Source: Ministeria vibrans ATCC 50519
Taxonomy: Eukaryota; Protista; Filasterea
Direction: 5' to 3'
Length of the DNA stretch: 64,000 nucleotides
Assembly (NCBI GenBank): GCA_943704425.1
Contig: CALSCP010001443.1
Span: 12,044-76,043 of the forward strand
Each line of letters begins with the position of its first letter. Position 1 is the stretch's first letter. A model generated the notes under the pieces. The model saw nothing but the letters and a program-made list of their open reading frames with translations, was not told where the DNA came from and ran no database searches. A program made the translations under genes and the position numbers. Below are positions 14,133 through 31,235 of the stretch, one piece after another.

Positions 14133-14330
14133 GACTTGTCGACATATTAAGAAGGAAGCGAGCATTGCAAGGGGTGGGGGGAACAGGGTGTGGTTTACGG
14201 CGTGGCCCTGAATTCGGGGTCTGGGGTGGCGCTGGCGAAGGCGAGAGAGCAATCCATTGCAATCGAATGGTGATCGCTCACTGACGATCTTCTCTTCTTC
14301 TTCTTCTCCTTCTTCTCCTTCTTCGCTCAT
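10887..14330 (-). CDS. STRN: Striatin (STRIPAK / PP2A B''' subunit), multi-exon; start exon uncertain
   Basis: Striatin coiled coil RFERERSELKMAKAELESRCARLAGERAGQQGLICDLLRRIKMLEHAL. C-terminal WD40 repeats include HFDGVRDLAFHP, GHTDAVWSL and HRQKFDEAIHCIAFHP...GGADAAIKLYV*. Confidence 0.9.
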
Positions 14331-14721
14331 CGCGCAATGGTATGGGGGCAACGAAGGGGTGAGGGGGAGACACAGAACGTGGGTGGCGGGGCTAGGGGAG
14401 GCGTGGAAAGCAGAGAGGAGAGAGAGAGAGAGAGAGAGAGAGAATCATATACTATGTGTACCTTGTCCATTCACGATGAATGAAACCCAACACTGAGCTG
14501 AGCGTAAACTCTCCCTCGTTAGGTGGACCTCCCATGTGATCCATGTTGTACTCCTGCCTCATACACTGTGAGGAAATCAACAAAATGTTTTGAAAAACTC
14601 ATCCCTTGAAAAAGAAATCAGGAAACGTTCATCAAAAATTCCAAATTCACAATTTCACATTCAATCTATTCTTCATTAGCGCTGCGACCCGCCTTGGATC
14701 TCGCACAGCATCGATCAGATC

Positions 14722-17700
14722 ATGGGGAGATTCGGCCTGCACCTGACGCCGCCGGGCGACGGCGAACGCGACGTGTACTACTCGGGAGACCGACTGAGCG
14801 GCGCTGTGCTCGTAGACACCGCCGGCGAGCCGCTGCTCCTCAAGGTGCGCCCCATTGGCCCCTCCACTAGCCACATGCGCCTCCGCCTGCCTCATTTTCT
14901 CTCTTAATCGTCTTCTTTTCCTCTCCTCTCTGTTTTTTCTGTCGTTTCCCACCAAAGGCCGTTCGTGTGCGCCTTGTCGGCACCGTTGAAGTCCTCGTCA
15001 AGTCATGGAAGAAGTGTGGCGACCACATTACAAAGATCCCCATCATGGATTACACAGTACGTGCATCAGCGAGCTGTCCAGAGCGGATTTAGATTAAAAA
15101 AAAAGTTTTACTCTTATTTACTCTGTTTGCTATCGCTTGCAGGTGCCTGTTGTCGACGAGACTGCTTGGCTTATTGGCTCGAGCGGGTAACACACAATGA
15201 ACGTGCAAATCCACCAAAAACGCAATCGTTTCAGTGAAACGATCAGTACAATCATAACACAACACATCGTTATAATGATTGTGTATTATGTCCCATAATA
15301 ATAATAATTATCATCTTATTCACTTGTAGTATTTCGCCGAGTGGCAATGTCATGCACACGGGTGGCGGCGCCGCCAATGTACCGAGCGGCACGGCAGCGG
15401 CTGCGTTTGCCGTGGCCGACGACGACGAGGACTTGCTGCGCACAAGCACCCTGGGGGTGACACAGAGCAACATGCCGTCGCTGGAGAATGCCGATTTGGT
15501 GCAGCTGGACGCCGGTGAGCATCGTATGCCCTTTGCCATTCGCATTCCCCTATTGCCACGCTCCTACTCCATTCGAACGACCCTGTCGCACGCCATTGTG
15601 CGCTACTGGGTCGAAGTGGACATTCTCAAGGCGGACGGCAGTTTGGTGCGTCAGCGTACGCTCACACGAGACATTGAGCTCGGTGGACATTTTCGCGACG
15701 CCGCCTCGCTGGCACTCGAAGACGCACGACGTGAAGTGCAGCCACCGACGCGTCGCGTAGAGTCACTGAAGCTCCTGCTGGGCTGTGCCGTAGTCACACT
15801 CGATGTGCGCCACACTGTACTCTTCCATCCGCGCGACACTCTCGTGGTCGATGTGCACGTTGGCAAGACGGCCATGGACGACATTCACGAGGTGCAACTG
15901 TGTTTTGGCGAGGTGGTCACCGCCCGCGGCGGTGTCAAGATCCAAAAGACTCTGCCGGTGGTGCGCTCGGCAGCGTGGCCCTCGTCGACGGCACGCGAGG
16001 CCAAGTTCAAGTGGGAAGTGGCTCTGGGCTCTGAGATTGGCACTGCACTTGCCATGCCACTGCTCACTGTTGCTCATGCCGTCACCGTCAAGATTACCTA
16101 CGGCAACACACGCCGTCCCAACATCACCAATGGCGCCACCATTCCCATCCAGGTATGGGACCACAACGCCGTGCTCTACATGGCCGAGCGCATGGACCCC
16201 CTGGGACACTTTCGCCCGCCTTACTTCCAAGAAGTGGGCGGCGAAGAGCTCGAAGATGAGGCAGGCGCCAACGATCTAGCGTCGTCGGCCGTCGCCAAGG
16301 GCACTCCATCGTCATCACCACTCCAACAACAACAACAACAACAGCAGCAGCAAAAACAACCACAACTCGCGGCCTCACGTCGCCAGTCATCCTCAACCTC
16401 TCTCGCCTCGTCTGATCGCACCAACAAGGGACTGGCGATCATTTGGCAGCGCGACGAAGACTGCCAAGAGTGCTCGTCGTGTGCGAAACCTTTCAGTTTC
16501 TCGCATCGCCGTCACCATTGTCGTGTTTGCGGCTACATCTACTGCTCGCGTGGCGTCGAAAAGCTCGACGTGCCGTCGCTGTCACCACGCAAAGTGTTTG
16601 TCTGTCAAAAATGTCGTGACGTGTCTTCCTCGTTCAATGGAGGATTGTCAGGCAATCTTTGGGACGTGCGACGTCGGGTGCGCGCCAAAATTGTGCGTCG
16701 ACGCTTCTCGAGTGGTGTGCCAGGTGTGTCGCGTGACGAAGAGGCACTGCGTCGTTTGCAAGTTGAGTTTGACAAGTTTTACACGGACCCCCACAACATT
16801 GACCGTCTCTTCCCGCTCATGTGTCGTTGGGCGGAGAAGATGGGCATTTTGGAGGAGTTTGACGAGGCGGCAACGCAGTTTCCGACGGCTGTGGGATTCA
16901 CGACGGGCGTGATTATGGCACATCCAAAGAAGGCGGCGGCCGTGTACCGACGGATGCTGGACAAGCGACTGGACATGGGGGACGAGGATGAATTTGACGA
17001 GACGGACGACGAGGCGAGTAGTGGGGGCATGGCAAGTCGTATCAAAGGCTCGCCTAAGATGCAGCGGGTCAAGGAGGAGGATGAGGATGTCGACGATGAA
17101 GACGAGGCACTGAGGCGACGCGAGTGGCGCAAGGAGGGAGAAACGGCGGAGGAGGACGGCGGCGATGATGATGACGATGACGATGGTGACGATGATGAGG
17201 AAGATCGTCTGTACGATCCAGTGCCTGTGGTCCCCGACGCAGACATTCCCGACTCGGTGCAGGCGGCGTGGAAGACAGATGCACGTCGCAAGCGCAACGA
17301 ACTCGAACTGCTCTGCACCATGTTTGAGAGTGCCCTCGAGTTTGTCACTGACGACACGGCCTTTGACACGTTTCTTGAAATTGCAATGGCGCCCGACGAG
17401 ACAGGCGAGCCTCCCGTCGAGCTGGAGCTGCCTCCGCGCCGCAGCATCTTCACACAGTTGCCCGCCAGTGGTGCCTGGCTCGACATGCTCTGGGGCCTCT
17501 TTTGTGCTGCCGGTTCCGTTGAGGCCCTCACTGTCGTACGAAAAAAATCTGTCGTTTTTTATTTATTATTTTTGTCACGTGAATGCTAACATCATAAATA
17601 AATATTGTAGATTTTAGATGTGGGTCTTGGTGATGGAATGCTGCCGAACCTGTCGACGTCGTGGACCAATGCCAACCTGTCGTCAGTGATTCTACGCTCT

Positions 17701-18534
17701 GCGGCAGTGTGGTCTGTAACGAGCCAGGCGACCAAGCCGTACCATTACCAGGTGCGCACGGCCGTCGTCGACTACCTCAAGGCTCACCCGTCGGCCAACC
17801 AGACGGCGTACTTGGCACTATGGCAGGCGCTTTACCATCATGAGGACTGCCGTTCGGCGCTTGACGAGCTTCCACGCCCCAAACTTATGCCGACCGACGT
17901 ACACGTTGTCAACGAGCTCAATTCGCGTCCCGTGTCGTCTTCAGGCGAGCCACGTTCGCGCTCCTCCACTCGCGACTCAGACTACTCCAGCGGCAACCGT
18001 CCTCACTCGTCCGGCACGTCTCTCTCCACCGCCGCCGGCGACTCAACGGTGCGTCGACCATCGCTCATCCGTCCGGGCTCTACCGGCCGCCCCGTCTCCT
18101 TCTCCATCTCATCCACCAACAGCGGTGGCAGTGACTCACACGCACATTACGCGGGCGGTGCATTCCAAATGCCTCCTTCCAAATCGTACAAGTCGCCGTC
18201 GCGCACCACCTCCACCACCTCGTCCACCGGCACTCCTGCGCTCCCCGAGGCTGGTCAGACGGGTTCAATTGCCGCAGGTGCACCCCTCATCACCAGCACA
18301 CCCACCGCAACAGCAGGCGAGCACGTCTCAACCACCACCACCACCATCACGAACACAGCCAGTCAGTCTCGTCCGCGTCCCTCCTCCTTCCGTCGCTCTG
18401 CCAGCGACCCAGACATGGCCGGCTCCCGTCTCTCCAACTCCTCCTTTGGCAGCATTGAGCCTCGTCAGGGCACCTCCCATGGCGGCACTGGCGAGATGAA
18501 CACCTTTGTGTCCAATGAGAGAGACAATTATTAA
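14722..18534 (+). CDS. Arrestin(N+C)-FYVE protein with an uncharacterised C-terminal region; 3' end uncertain and may extend to about 19100
   Basis: Spliced N-terminus reads DVYYSGDRLSGAVLV..AVRVRLVGTVEV..LDAGEHRMPFAIRIPLLPRSY..AIVRYWVEV (arrestin-N), followed by arrestin-C and FYVE WQRDEDCQECSSC..F..RRHHCRVCGYIYC. An intron at about 17537-17610 joins the next ORF. Confidence 0.78.
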
Positions 18535-19189
18535 AAATTCTTCACCGGATTGTTGTTTTCGTTCCTTTCTTTTTTTGTTTTTTGTTTTTTGTTTGGGTTG
18601 GGGTTGGGGTTGGGGGAGGGGNNNNNNNNNNGGGGGGGGGGTGTATAGTGCAGCCGCAATTGCCTTGAGAATCAGGGTTAGTAGGAGATGAGTCTGGGTG
18701 TGTGTTCTGTGTGGTAATTGTGCCACTTGGGAAATGCGCGCTGTTGAATCTCACCTTTATAGGCACACCGTTGAGTACTCGTCACCATACTCTCTGCACG
18801 GGGCCGCTTCAGCGGAGAAACAATGGACTCGCCCAATATCTCTTTCAGAGACATAAGAGACACTGTTTTCACCGAGGGTGACCGGCCGGTTTCTCCCTTT
18901 TTCCCACTCGAGCACACAAACACAATCGCGCTCTGTTGCCGGCGACAGACGCGTTGTCATGCGTATCCATACCGACAAACGGCCAAGTGTCTCAACGGGC
19001 AGTGGGTTCCTGAGAGACGGGCGGTGTGAGTGGCCTACCGAGTGTAAAATATACTGTTGAACAAAGCTGCTTGTGCGTGTTGTCGCTTTTTGTTTAAAAA
19101 TGGAATCTTCTTCTTCTTCTATACTACATAATATTATGATGAAAAAAATATGATTGTGGGTGTGCAGACACATTCACATTGTGTGAAGA

Positions 19190-23981
<4,792 letters not shown>

Positions 23982-25006
23982 TCTGCAAAATCAAACTAAT
24001 TAATTGTTTGACAGTCAAACCTCAAAATTTTGAATGTCGGAATATTTCCATATAAAACGGCAAAGCACACCATGCACCGCAACGACGAGCGTCACACGCC
24101 TCCGTCTCGCACACAACAGCCGCAATTGACTGAGTCATTTTTGCGTTTGACAACAAAACATTTTTTTTCTTCGTCCCAAAATCATCAAAATATGTTTTGA
24201 GTCGAATTCAGACACAAACGAAGTTTAAAGCGATGGGAGCGTACGGGGANNNNNNNNNNNNNNNNNNNNNNNNNNNNNNNNNNNNNNNNNNNNNGTTTGC
24301 TGTGCTCCAAAGGAAACGAGAAAATAAACTGATTTCATTATGAGTATCAGTGATCATTTGAGAACAAAACCTTTTTCGCTTTTGCTGTCTGTTTGGGATC
24401 GTGGGAGTGCATTCAAGTTTGATGGACGGGTGCACCCGATAGACTGCATGCGATGCACTGCCACTGGTCCGTGTTGACGTTGACACTGCGCGTCACCCCA
24501 ACTCGGCTCTTGATCAAATAGATAGTCAACACTCTGCAAATGTCTTCTTCTTCTGCGTCAACAACTCGTCAAACGCACCACGGCCACACAATGCTCCGCG
24601 ATCTACGTCGGATGAATGCCGGGAGTTCCAAATCGAAGGGTTGGCACCAGCAATTGCCAATATGGTACGAACGATGTGAATTTGATCATGAGTGAGGTTT
24701 TAGTTTAGTTGTTGATCTGCCGATCATGCCCGTGTGTTTGCCTGTGTGCGTGTGTGTATTCAGCCGTTTAAGCCACTGCGACTGTTTCAAGCGTATATAT
24801 ATATATATATTTGGATTTTCCACTTCTTCTATTGTGTTCTCCTTGTAATTTTTGCACTGAGTATATAAAATGCAAAGCATAAGTTTATTAATTTATTCAA
24901 TTTTTTGTGTGCAAAGAGGGACATATGATAAGAAATATTAGTGTTCTTTTGTACAGTGTTCTATCTGTGTGTATGTGTTTTCGCTCTTGTTCTTGTGTGA
25001 GTGGGT

Positions 25007-27196
25007 TTAGACCGAAGTCTCCTCGGCAGAGAAGGAGAGGGATTGAGAGGGTTCTGCACCACTATGAAGGGCAGTGAGATCGGCGGTGAGGAGGGCAGAG
25101 GCGATCGATGGGTTGTCGAAGGACGTCTGGCTGGTGCTGGTGAGGGAGGCTTCGCTGATAACGGAGAGGCGGTGCTCTTCATCTTCGACGCTGGCTGCAC
25201 AAAGGTCACGGTAGGGGATGTCGAGGGTTTGGTGGCTCTGAAGGGACGCTGAGCGGGGAGTGCTGCTGGACATGGCGGATTGGGCGTAGTCGCTGAGTGA
25301 GGAGACGTTGTTGCGCAGCGTGGACTTGGATGAGGGGCGGAGGTCGGAGAAGGAGCGAGGAGATTGGGGCGGGGAGAGGGGAGGAGAGGAGTTGGCGTCG
25401 ACGGCAACGGCGACGGCGACTTGGGAGATGGTGGAGGAGGACGAGGGGATGATGATGGAGTAGTGGGTGGTGGAGCCCGAGTGGGCTGAGGGCGAGCTGG
25501 GGCGTACGCTGAGGGTATTGGAGTGACAGTCGACGACGTTGCTGAAGCGACGGTTAGTCCTTTTGGGGGAGGTGAGGGAGGGAGCACGACGAGCGCCAAT
25601 GTCGGAGGCGGAAGCGGTGCTGGAGGGCGTCGTGGGCTGTAGAGTGCTGGCAAGAGACGATGAGCGGTCGGAAGACATGGGCGACAAACGCGAGTGCAGC
25701 GAAGAGGAGGAAGGAGAGTGAGGAGAGCGAGGAGAGCGAGGAGAGCGAGGGGAGCGGGGCGACGATGAGGTAACGACGTAGCGGCTGAGAACGCCTGCAC
25801 TGGACGAGCGTGTTTGCGCACTGAGGGGCACAATTCGGTCTTGGCTAGTGGCGATGGTTGGGCTTCTGAGGTTCCGGTTGGGTGTGTTGGCAGGGGAGGC
25901 GGAGGAGGGTGGGGGCGAGAAGCTGGGGGGGATGCAGCTGGATGCGGGAGTGACGGTGTTAGAGCGCTTGCGACGACGTCCACCATCGCTATTGGCAGCG
26001 GCTGCCTTGCCTTGCAGTGACGTTGACGCGAGAAACGACGACGCGGCGGCGGTGGGGGTGGCGGCACCGCTGTGGCGTCCTGCGGCGGCCTGGTGGAGGT
26101 CGAGGTCGTCCATGGCGACGTACGAGGTGCGCTTGGACGAGTAGCCACTGCGTCGTTCCATGCGTCTGGCAAGGCGTTCGCGCGCCAATTCTGCTTCGGA
26201 GGATTCGGCGGCCGAGACGGCATCACGCACAACCGACATGAGACACTCGAGGCTGTTCTCCGACGACTTTTCGGCGGTCGATTGGAGCATGAGAGAGCGA
26301 CGGGGTGTCGGACGAGGCACCGCCTCTTTGGTAAGGGACTGTGTCGACATGTTTTGTGAGCTGCTGGGTACGACGGTGGACGTGGACGAATTGCCATCTT
26401 CGTTGTCAGCGCGACTTCGACTGTGTTCGCGCGCAATGCTCACTTCTAGCAAGCTTGACGTGCTGGCGACGCAGTTGTGAGCAAGCGCCTCGCACGAGCT
26501 TGCATTAGATATGACTGCGGTGCTACTGGTGTCACTGTCGCGCTGCGATGTGGCACGCGACGAGGAGGGCGGTGAGAGAGGCGATGTGGCGTAGGGTAGA
26601 GATGACGCTGGCGACGCAGACTGGCGTTCGGCAGAGGCAGTCGACGGCCCAGTGGGAGCCTGTGAGACGACGGGTGCAGCTGAGAAGTTGACACTGGCGG
26701 GTGCTGGAGGGATTGCGGAGACGGCCGTGATGGCGCTGAGCAGATTGGCCGGCAGGTCTGAGGCACACTGACTTGAAGCGCGCGAGCGAGAAATCTTCTT
26801 GAGCCGCCTTGCCTCGATGCGCTCGCGAGCACTCCTTGCTTCGTTTGAGAGGCCGGCGCGCGGTGATGCGGTCGGCGATGCGGGGAGCGAGGTGGTTTCG
26901 CGCGGGGTCAAGCCAGTCATTGACGTGGCCGACGTTGACGCGAGTCCCCTGGGCATTGCGGGCGATATCTGGACGCGCCGCTCCTCTTGGAAGCTGCCCA
27001 CTGCACCCGTGGATGACTGGGCGAAGGAAGACGCCGCAGCGATCGCGATAGCCGCTCGATTTGCATCCCCGACGGAGCAACTGCGCTGACGGTTGAAACC
27101 GAACTTGGCCGCGATACGCGCCCGCATGCCGCTTTTCAGCTCAGGCTCGTCAGCAGAGGCCTCGCGTACCGTCCCTCCCTTACCACGCCGAAGCAT
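25007..27196 (-). CDS. Ser/Pro-rich low-complexity protein of unknown function
   Basis: Long uninterrupted ORF with coding-like composition, probably starting at MLRRGKGG. Contains SPR repeats; no recognisable domain. Confidence 0.6.
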   Translation of the reverse strand: MLRRGKGGTVREASADEPELKSGMRARIAAKFGFNRQRSCSVGDANRAAIAIAAASSFAQSSTGAVGSFQEERRVQISPAMPRGLASTSATSMTGLTPRETTSLPASPTASPRAGLSNEARSARERIEARRLKKISRSRASSQCASDLPANLLSAITAVSAIPPAPASVNFSAAPVVSQAPTGPSTASAERQSASPASSLPYATSPLSPPSSSRATSQRDSDTSSTAVISNASSCEALAHNCVASTSSLLEVSIAREHSRSRADNEDGNSSTSTVVPSSSQNMSTQSLTKEAVPRPTPRRSLMLQSTAEKSSENSLECLMSVVRDAVSAAESSEAELARERLARRMERRSGYSSKRTSYVAMDDLDLHQAAAGRHSGAATPTAAASSFLASTSLQGKAAAANSDGGRRRKRSNTVTPASSCIPPSFSPPPSSASPANTPNRNLRSPTIATSQDRIVPLSAQTRSSSAGVLSRYVVTSSSPRSPRSPRSPRSPHSPSSSSLHSRLSPMSSDRSSSLASTLQPTTPSSTASASDIGARRAPSLTSPKRTNRRFSNVVDCHSNTLSVRPSSPSAHSGSTTHYSIIIPSSSSTISQVAVAVAVDANSSPPLSPPQSPRSFSDLRPSSKSTLRNNVSSLSDYAQSAMSSSTPRSASLQSHQTLDIPYRDLCAASVEDEEHRLSVISEASLTSTSQTSFDNPSIASALLTADLTALHSGAEPSQSLSFSAEETSV

Positions 27197-27821
27197 GGCA
27201 CTGTTCTTTCGAGCCCGAGTGGGTTTTTGTGAGACAGAGAGAGAAAAAAAAAAAAAAAAAAAACTGTCACTCTCTTGAGAACACCACAAAGAGCGACGCT
27301 GGAGACAGCAGGGCGCGCGAAAGAGCGGGTCAACAAGGGGAGAGAGCAGCAGAAGAAACAATAGTGGTGATTGTGACTTTGTGAGTTGTGTGAGTTGTCC
27401 ATTCAGTATTATTTATTTGCTTGTTGCATGTGTCACGTCACAATCTTGATCATGTCGGAAGGACGCTCGATTAGACGCATCGCGCGTGTTGCGAGCCCTG
27501 ATTTGCATGCAGTGGTCTAGTGCATTGGTGTAGTATGCACGTGATAGGCTTGGAGGGGTGTTTCAGCGTGCTGTGGCGTTGTGTGTAGCAAAGTGTAAAA
27601 AAAGGAACCGAAGGCACATCGGGCGATCCCCTAAGAGAAAAGCTGAACGGGAAAAGGATCGTGCATGCAGCAGTGTGCATCGCAAGATATGATCAGTTCA
27701 CACTTGATCGGGCATCTGTCCATGATCCGGCCTCATCGTCGATGATTTGAAGGGGTTTCGTCTTCAAGCTTTATTAAGAACGAATATCTTACTTACAGTT
27801 TCACACACAGTTTTTGATGCA

Positions 27822-29585
27822 ATGCGCTTCATTGTGGCGGCGACACTCTCCATCGCACTGCTTGGTGTCGTCTCATCGACAAGAACATCTCCGCCGAGCA
27901 TGCTGATGGAGAGTGTGCGCGAAGAGATGGCGACCTCTCGCGCCGAATTGAGTGAGTATCTCTCGACAAGTCATCCGTGTCGCATTGGCGTCGAGCACCA
28001 CGGCGCACTGGAAGACGAACTGCTGCGCAAATGCATGGGGTTCGACTGCGTGTGTCCACCAGAGGTGTGTCCCGAGCGCACCTTTGAGCTGGTGGACACG
28101 GTGCGCAAACACGAAGACAATACTGAGACGTCGTCCGGTCTGGAGATAGTACGAAATTTTCGCAAAGCGTATGAGACGGTCACACGAAGCAAGGAGGGCC
28201 GCTATGCGTTTGCCAATGACCAGCTTCTACGGTGTGTGCCCGCCTATCACTTGTTCAAGCGCAACCGCAAGCGCCACAAGGCCGGCAAGGCTGCGGCTGC
28301 CATGGAAGACGCAACGCCACTCAACGCCGACGATTTGCGAGCGTTTCAGTGCTTCTACGAGGCGACCAACGGCCCCACGTGGCACGTGTGTGGGCGAATC
28401 CACCGACACAAGAACGGCTCTCTCGATCCCTGCGCCTGCTCCAATGTTCTGTGCGAGGTGCAAGGGGACGAGCGACGCATCGTTGGTCTTGTGTTCAAGT
28501 CGGCTCGTCTGACCGGCCACCTGCCCGATTGTCTGTCGGACCTGACGCAACTACGCGTCCTCGACGTCTCCACTAATCCCCTGAACATAGATGCATGGCC
28601 ACCGAGCCTTGGAAATCTACAGCACCTCGAGGTGCTTGTGATGCCCCCGTCGCCGTCGCCTATGCCCGAGGGGTACAGCCAACTGACAAGTCTGCGTTCG
28701 CTCGACCTCTACGTGTACAGCCACCGACCGTCGGACAAGGTGTACTTTTCTTACCTCAAGCCCATCTGTCGCCTGCCCAATCTTCTGTCGCTGCATCTTG
28801 TCAATGGCTTCCACGGTCCTTTCCCGGAGTGCATCGCCAATCTCACCACTCTGCTTCGTCTCGAGTTGCTCGGCAATCACCTGATGGGCTCGGGCATTCC
28901 CTCCGCTTGGGGCTCCCTTGTGAACTTGCGCACCTTCATCTCCTTTCAGAACGGCCGCACATCCTGTCCTCCCGATGACTCCTCCGACTGCCGTCCCCTC
29001 TACCAGACTTCCGTCGAGTATGTGCACGACGAGCCTTTCATGTGTCGCGCGCTCTCTCTCGCGGGACCCATTCCCGACACCCTGCGCAACTGGAAGAAGA
29101 TCGAGAAGTTCTGGGTGGACGCCAACTATCTGTCGGGTCCCATTCCCGACTGGATTGGTACAGACTGGTCGCAGCTGCGCACTCTTGACCTGTTCAACAA
29201 TGCGTTTACGGGAAGCATTCCCGAGTCACTGGGACAGCTCAACCAACTGGAACAGGCGCAGCTGCAGGACAACCAACTCACCGGTGATATCCCGCAAAGT
29301 CTCGCGCGTCTCCCACGTCTGCAACTGCTCAATGTTGCACTCAACGCTCAACTGATGGGGTGTGTAGCACACGCGACGGAGACAGCAGCAAGCGAGCAGG
29401 AGAGCGAACAACCTGAAGGAGAAGAAGAAGACGAGTGGGAGTGGGAGTGGTGGGAAGGGGAAGAGAGAGAGCGGTTGCGGGAGGCACACGGGCGGTTGCG
29501 GCGGGTGATTGTCTTCAGTGGCTCACGCGTGTCAGATTCACTGCAGAGTGCTCAGTGTGCGAAGCATAACAACATTGAACTGTAA
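27822..29585 (+). CDS. Secretory-pathway plant-type LRR protein, paralog 1 (intronless)
   Basis: Signal peptide MRFIVAATLSIALLGVVSS, Cys-rich N-terminus, LRRNT-like cap (AFQCFYEATNGPTW..C.C..V.C), LxxLxLxxNxxxGxIP repeats; ends ...HNNIEL. Confidence 0.88.
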   Translation: MRFIVAATLSIALLGVVSSTRTSPPSMLMESVREEMATSRAELSEYLSTSHPCRIGVEHHGALEDELLRKCMGFDCVCPPEVCPERTFELVDTVRKHEDNTETSSGLEIVRNFRKAYETVTRSKEGRYAFANDQLLRCVPAYHLFKRNRKRHKAGKAAAAMEDATPLNADDLRAFQCFYEATNGPTWHVCGRIHRHKNGSLDPCACSNVLCEVQGDERRIVGLVFKSARLTGHLPDCLSDLTQLRVLDVSTNPLNIDAWPPSLGNLQHLEVLVMPPSPSPMPEGYSQLTSLRSLDLYVYSHRPSDKVYFSYLKPICRLPNLLSLHLVNGFHGPFPECIANLTTLLRLELLGNHLMGSGIPSAWGSLVNLRTFISFQNGRTSCPPDDSSDCRPLYQTSVEYVHDEPFMCRALSLAGPIPDTLRNWKKIEKFWVDANYLSGPIPDWIGTDWSQLRTLDLFNNAFTGSIPESLGQLNQLEQAQLQDNQLTGDIPQSLARLPRLQLLNVALNAQLMGCVAHATETAASEQESEQPEGEEEDEWEWEWWEGEERERLREAHGRLRRVIVFSGSRVSDSLQSAQCAKHNNIEL

Positions 29586-30022
29586 ACATTTATAATAAAA
29601 TAATATTATTATGTTTTTTTTAGTATTGTTTTCAGTGTACTACAAGTCGTCGTGAGAAGGACACAGAGTGGTGTGGGTAGCGGTGCGCACAACAATACGG
29701 TCGGGAGTGGACGCGGGAAGACAGCCCGTCAGCTGAGTGTTGAGAGCGACGTGGAGAAGGGCCAGGCGCGGAAGACGCACGAGACTTTGCGGGATGTCAC
29801 CGGTGAGTTGGTTGTCCTGCAGCTGCGCCTGTTCCAGTTGGTTGAGCTGTCCCAGTGACTCAGGAATGCTTCCCGTAAACGCATTGTTGAACAGGTCGAG
29901 AGTGCGCAGTTGCGACCAGTCTGTACCAATCCAGTCGGGAATGGGACCCGACAGATAGTTGGCGTCCACCCAGAACTTCTCAATCTTCTTCCAGTTGCGC
30001 AGGGTGTCGGGAAGGGGTCCCG
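29062..30022. repeat. Inverted repeat with 253-bp arms (29062-29314 and 29770-30022) inside the convergent LRR paralogs
   Basis: Direct comparison by eye shows about 8 mismatches over 253 bp. Confidence 0.9.
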
Positions 30023-31235
30023 AGAGGGATACGTTGCGGCACATCCAGACGGCCTCGGCGGCATACTCGACGGTCGACTGGTAGAGGGCGGTGCAGTCAA
30101 TGCCGCTGTCGCTGTCGCTGGGTGGACATTCAAAGCGGCCGTTCTGAAAGGAGATGAAGGAGCGCAGATTGACGAGGCCGGTGCCCCAGGCGGCGGGGAT
30201 GCCTGTGTTGTACATGTGGTTGGAGCACAGGTCGAGACGGAGCAGGGTGGTCAGGTTGGCAATGCACTCGGGAAGGGCACCATCCCAGCCATTTTGCAGG
30301 TAGAGCGAGAGAAGATTGGGCAGACGGCAGATGGGAGCGATGGTGTCGAAGGAGCCACGATGGTCGTCGTGTTGCGAGTTGGACAGCGACAGAAATTTCA
30401 GGCTGGTGAGGTTGGCAACCTCGTCGGGAGTCTCCTGTGCGGGCGGTGGCATGCTGAGAAGCTGCAAGTGTGCAAGACGACCAATGCCCACGGGCCAGCG
30501 GGGCAGGAAGTCAGCACCGTTGAGGTCGAGGACGCGCAGGAGAGTCAAGTCGGTGACACAGTCGGGCAGCTCGCCAGCAAGACGTACGTCGGCCAGAGCC
30601 AGACCCACAATGCGGCGTTGGTTGTCGTGAACCTCACAGATGATGTTGGAGCAGCGGCAGGGCTGTTCGCGACCGTTGCGGCAGACGCGCCACTGTTCCC
30701 CCTCCGTGCTGTCGTAGAAGCATTGGAAGGCAGCCAAGTCAGCTTCGTTGAGGGGCAGTGCGTTCTCAGCGCTCCGCTCGGCGCTCGACGCGGCCGCTCG
30801 ACGCTGATCACGCTGCCACAGGTGGTAGGCTGTGATGGTGGGTTCGAGGAGTTCGTTGGCGTAGGCGGTGCGGCCGTGCGGGCGTCGGTAAACGTGACGT
30901 CGGAGGCGAGCAAAGGTGCGCGCCAACGACGACCCCAGCAGCGCCTTGGCGCCACGCTCCGCCTTGTAGTCGGTCACCTTGTTCATTTCGTCGACAAGGT
31001 CAAACGTCATGAAGTCGCACTGGCGCACGTCGCCGCAGACGCAGGCGGTCGACTCACACGACTCGAGCATCTCCGCTTCGAGGGCGGGGTAGCGCGGAGG
31101 CGCCCAGTCGCACTCGAGAGCGCTGTAGTACTCTTCAAACTCCCTCTGGGCCGTCTCCATACTCTCCAGTACGTCGGGCCGGATGGCTGCCAGAGTGGCG
31201 GGCAGGAGACACGCCAGGGCGGTCAGCCAGAGCAT
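29640..31235 (-). CDS. Secretory-pathway plant-type LRR protein, paralog 2 (intronless)
   Basis: Signal peptide MLWLTALACLLPATLA; same architecture as paralog 1; ends ...SHDDL. Confidence 0.88.
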   Translation of the reverse strand: MLWLTALACLLPATLAAIRPDVLESMETAQREFEEYYSALECDWAPPRYPALEAEMLESCESTACVCGDVRQCDFMTFDLVDEMNKVTDYKAERGAKALLGSSLARTFARLRRHVYRRPHGRTAYANELLEPTITAYHLWQRDQRRAAASSAERSAENALPLNEADLAAFQCFYDSTEGEQWRVCRNGREQPCRCSNIICEVHDNQRRIVGLALADVRLAGELPDCVTDLTLLRVLDLNGADFLPRWPVGIGRLAHLQLLSMPPPAQETPDEVANLTSLKFLSLSNSQHDDHRGSFDTIAPICRLPNLLSLYLQNGWDGALPECIANLTTLLRLDLCSNHMYNTGIPAAWGTGLVNLRSFISFQNGRFECPPSDSDSGIDCTALYQSTVEYAAEAVWMCRNVSLSGPLPDTLRNWKKIEKFWVDANYLSGPIPDWIGTDWSQLRTLDLFNNAFTGSIPESLGQLNQLEQAQLQDNQLTGDIPQSLVRLPRLALLHVALNTQLTGCLPASTPDRIVVRTATHTTLCPSHDDL

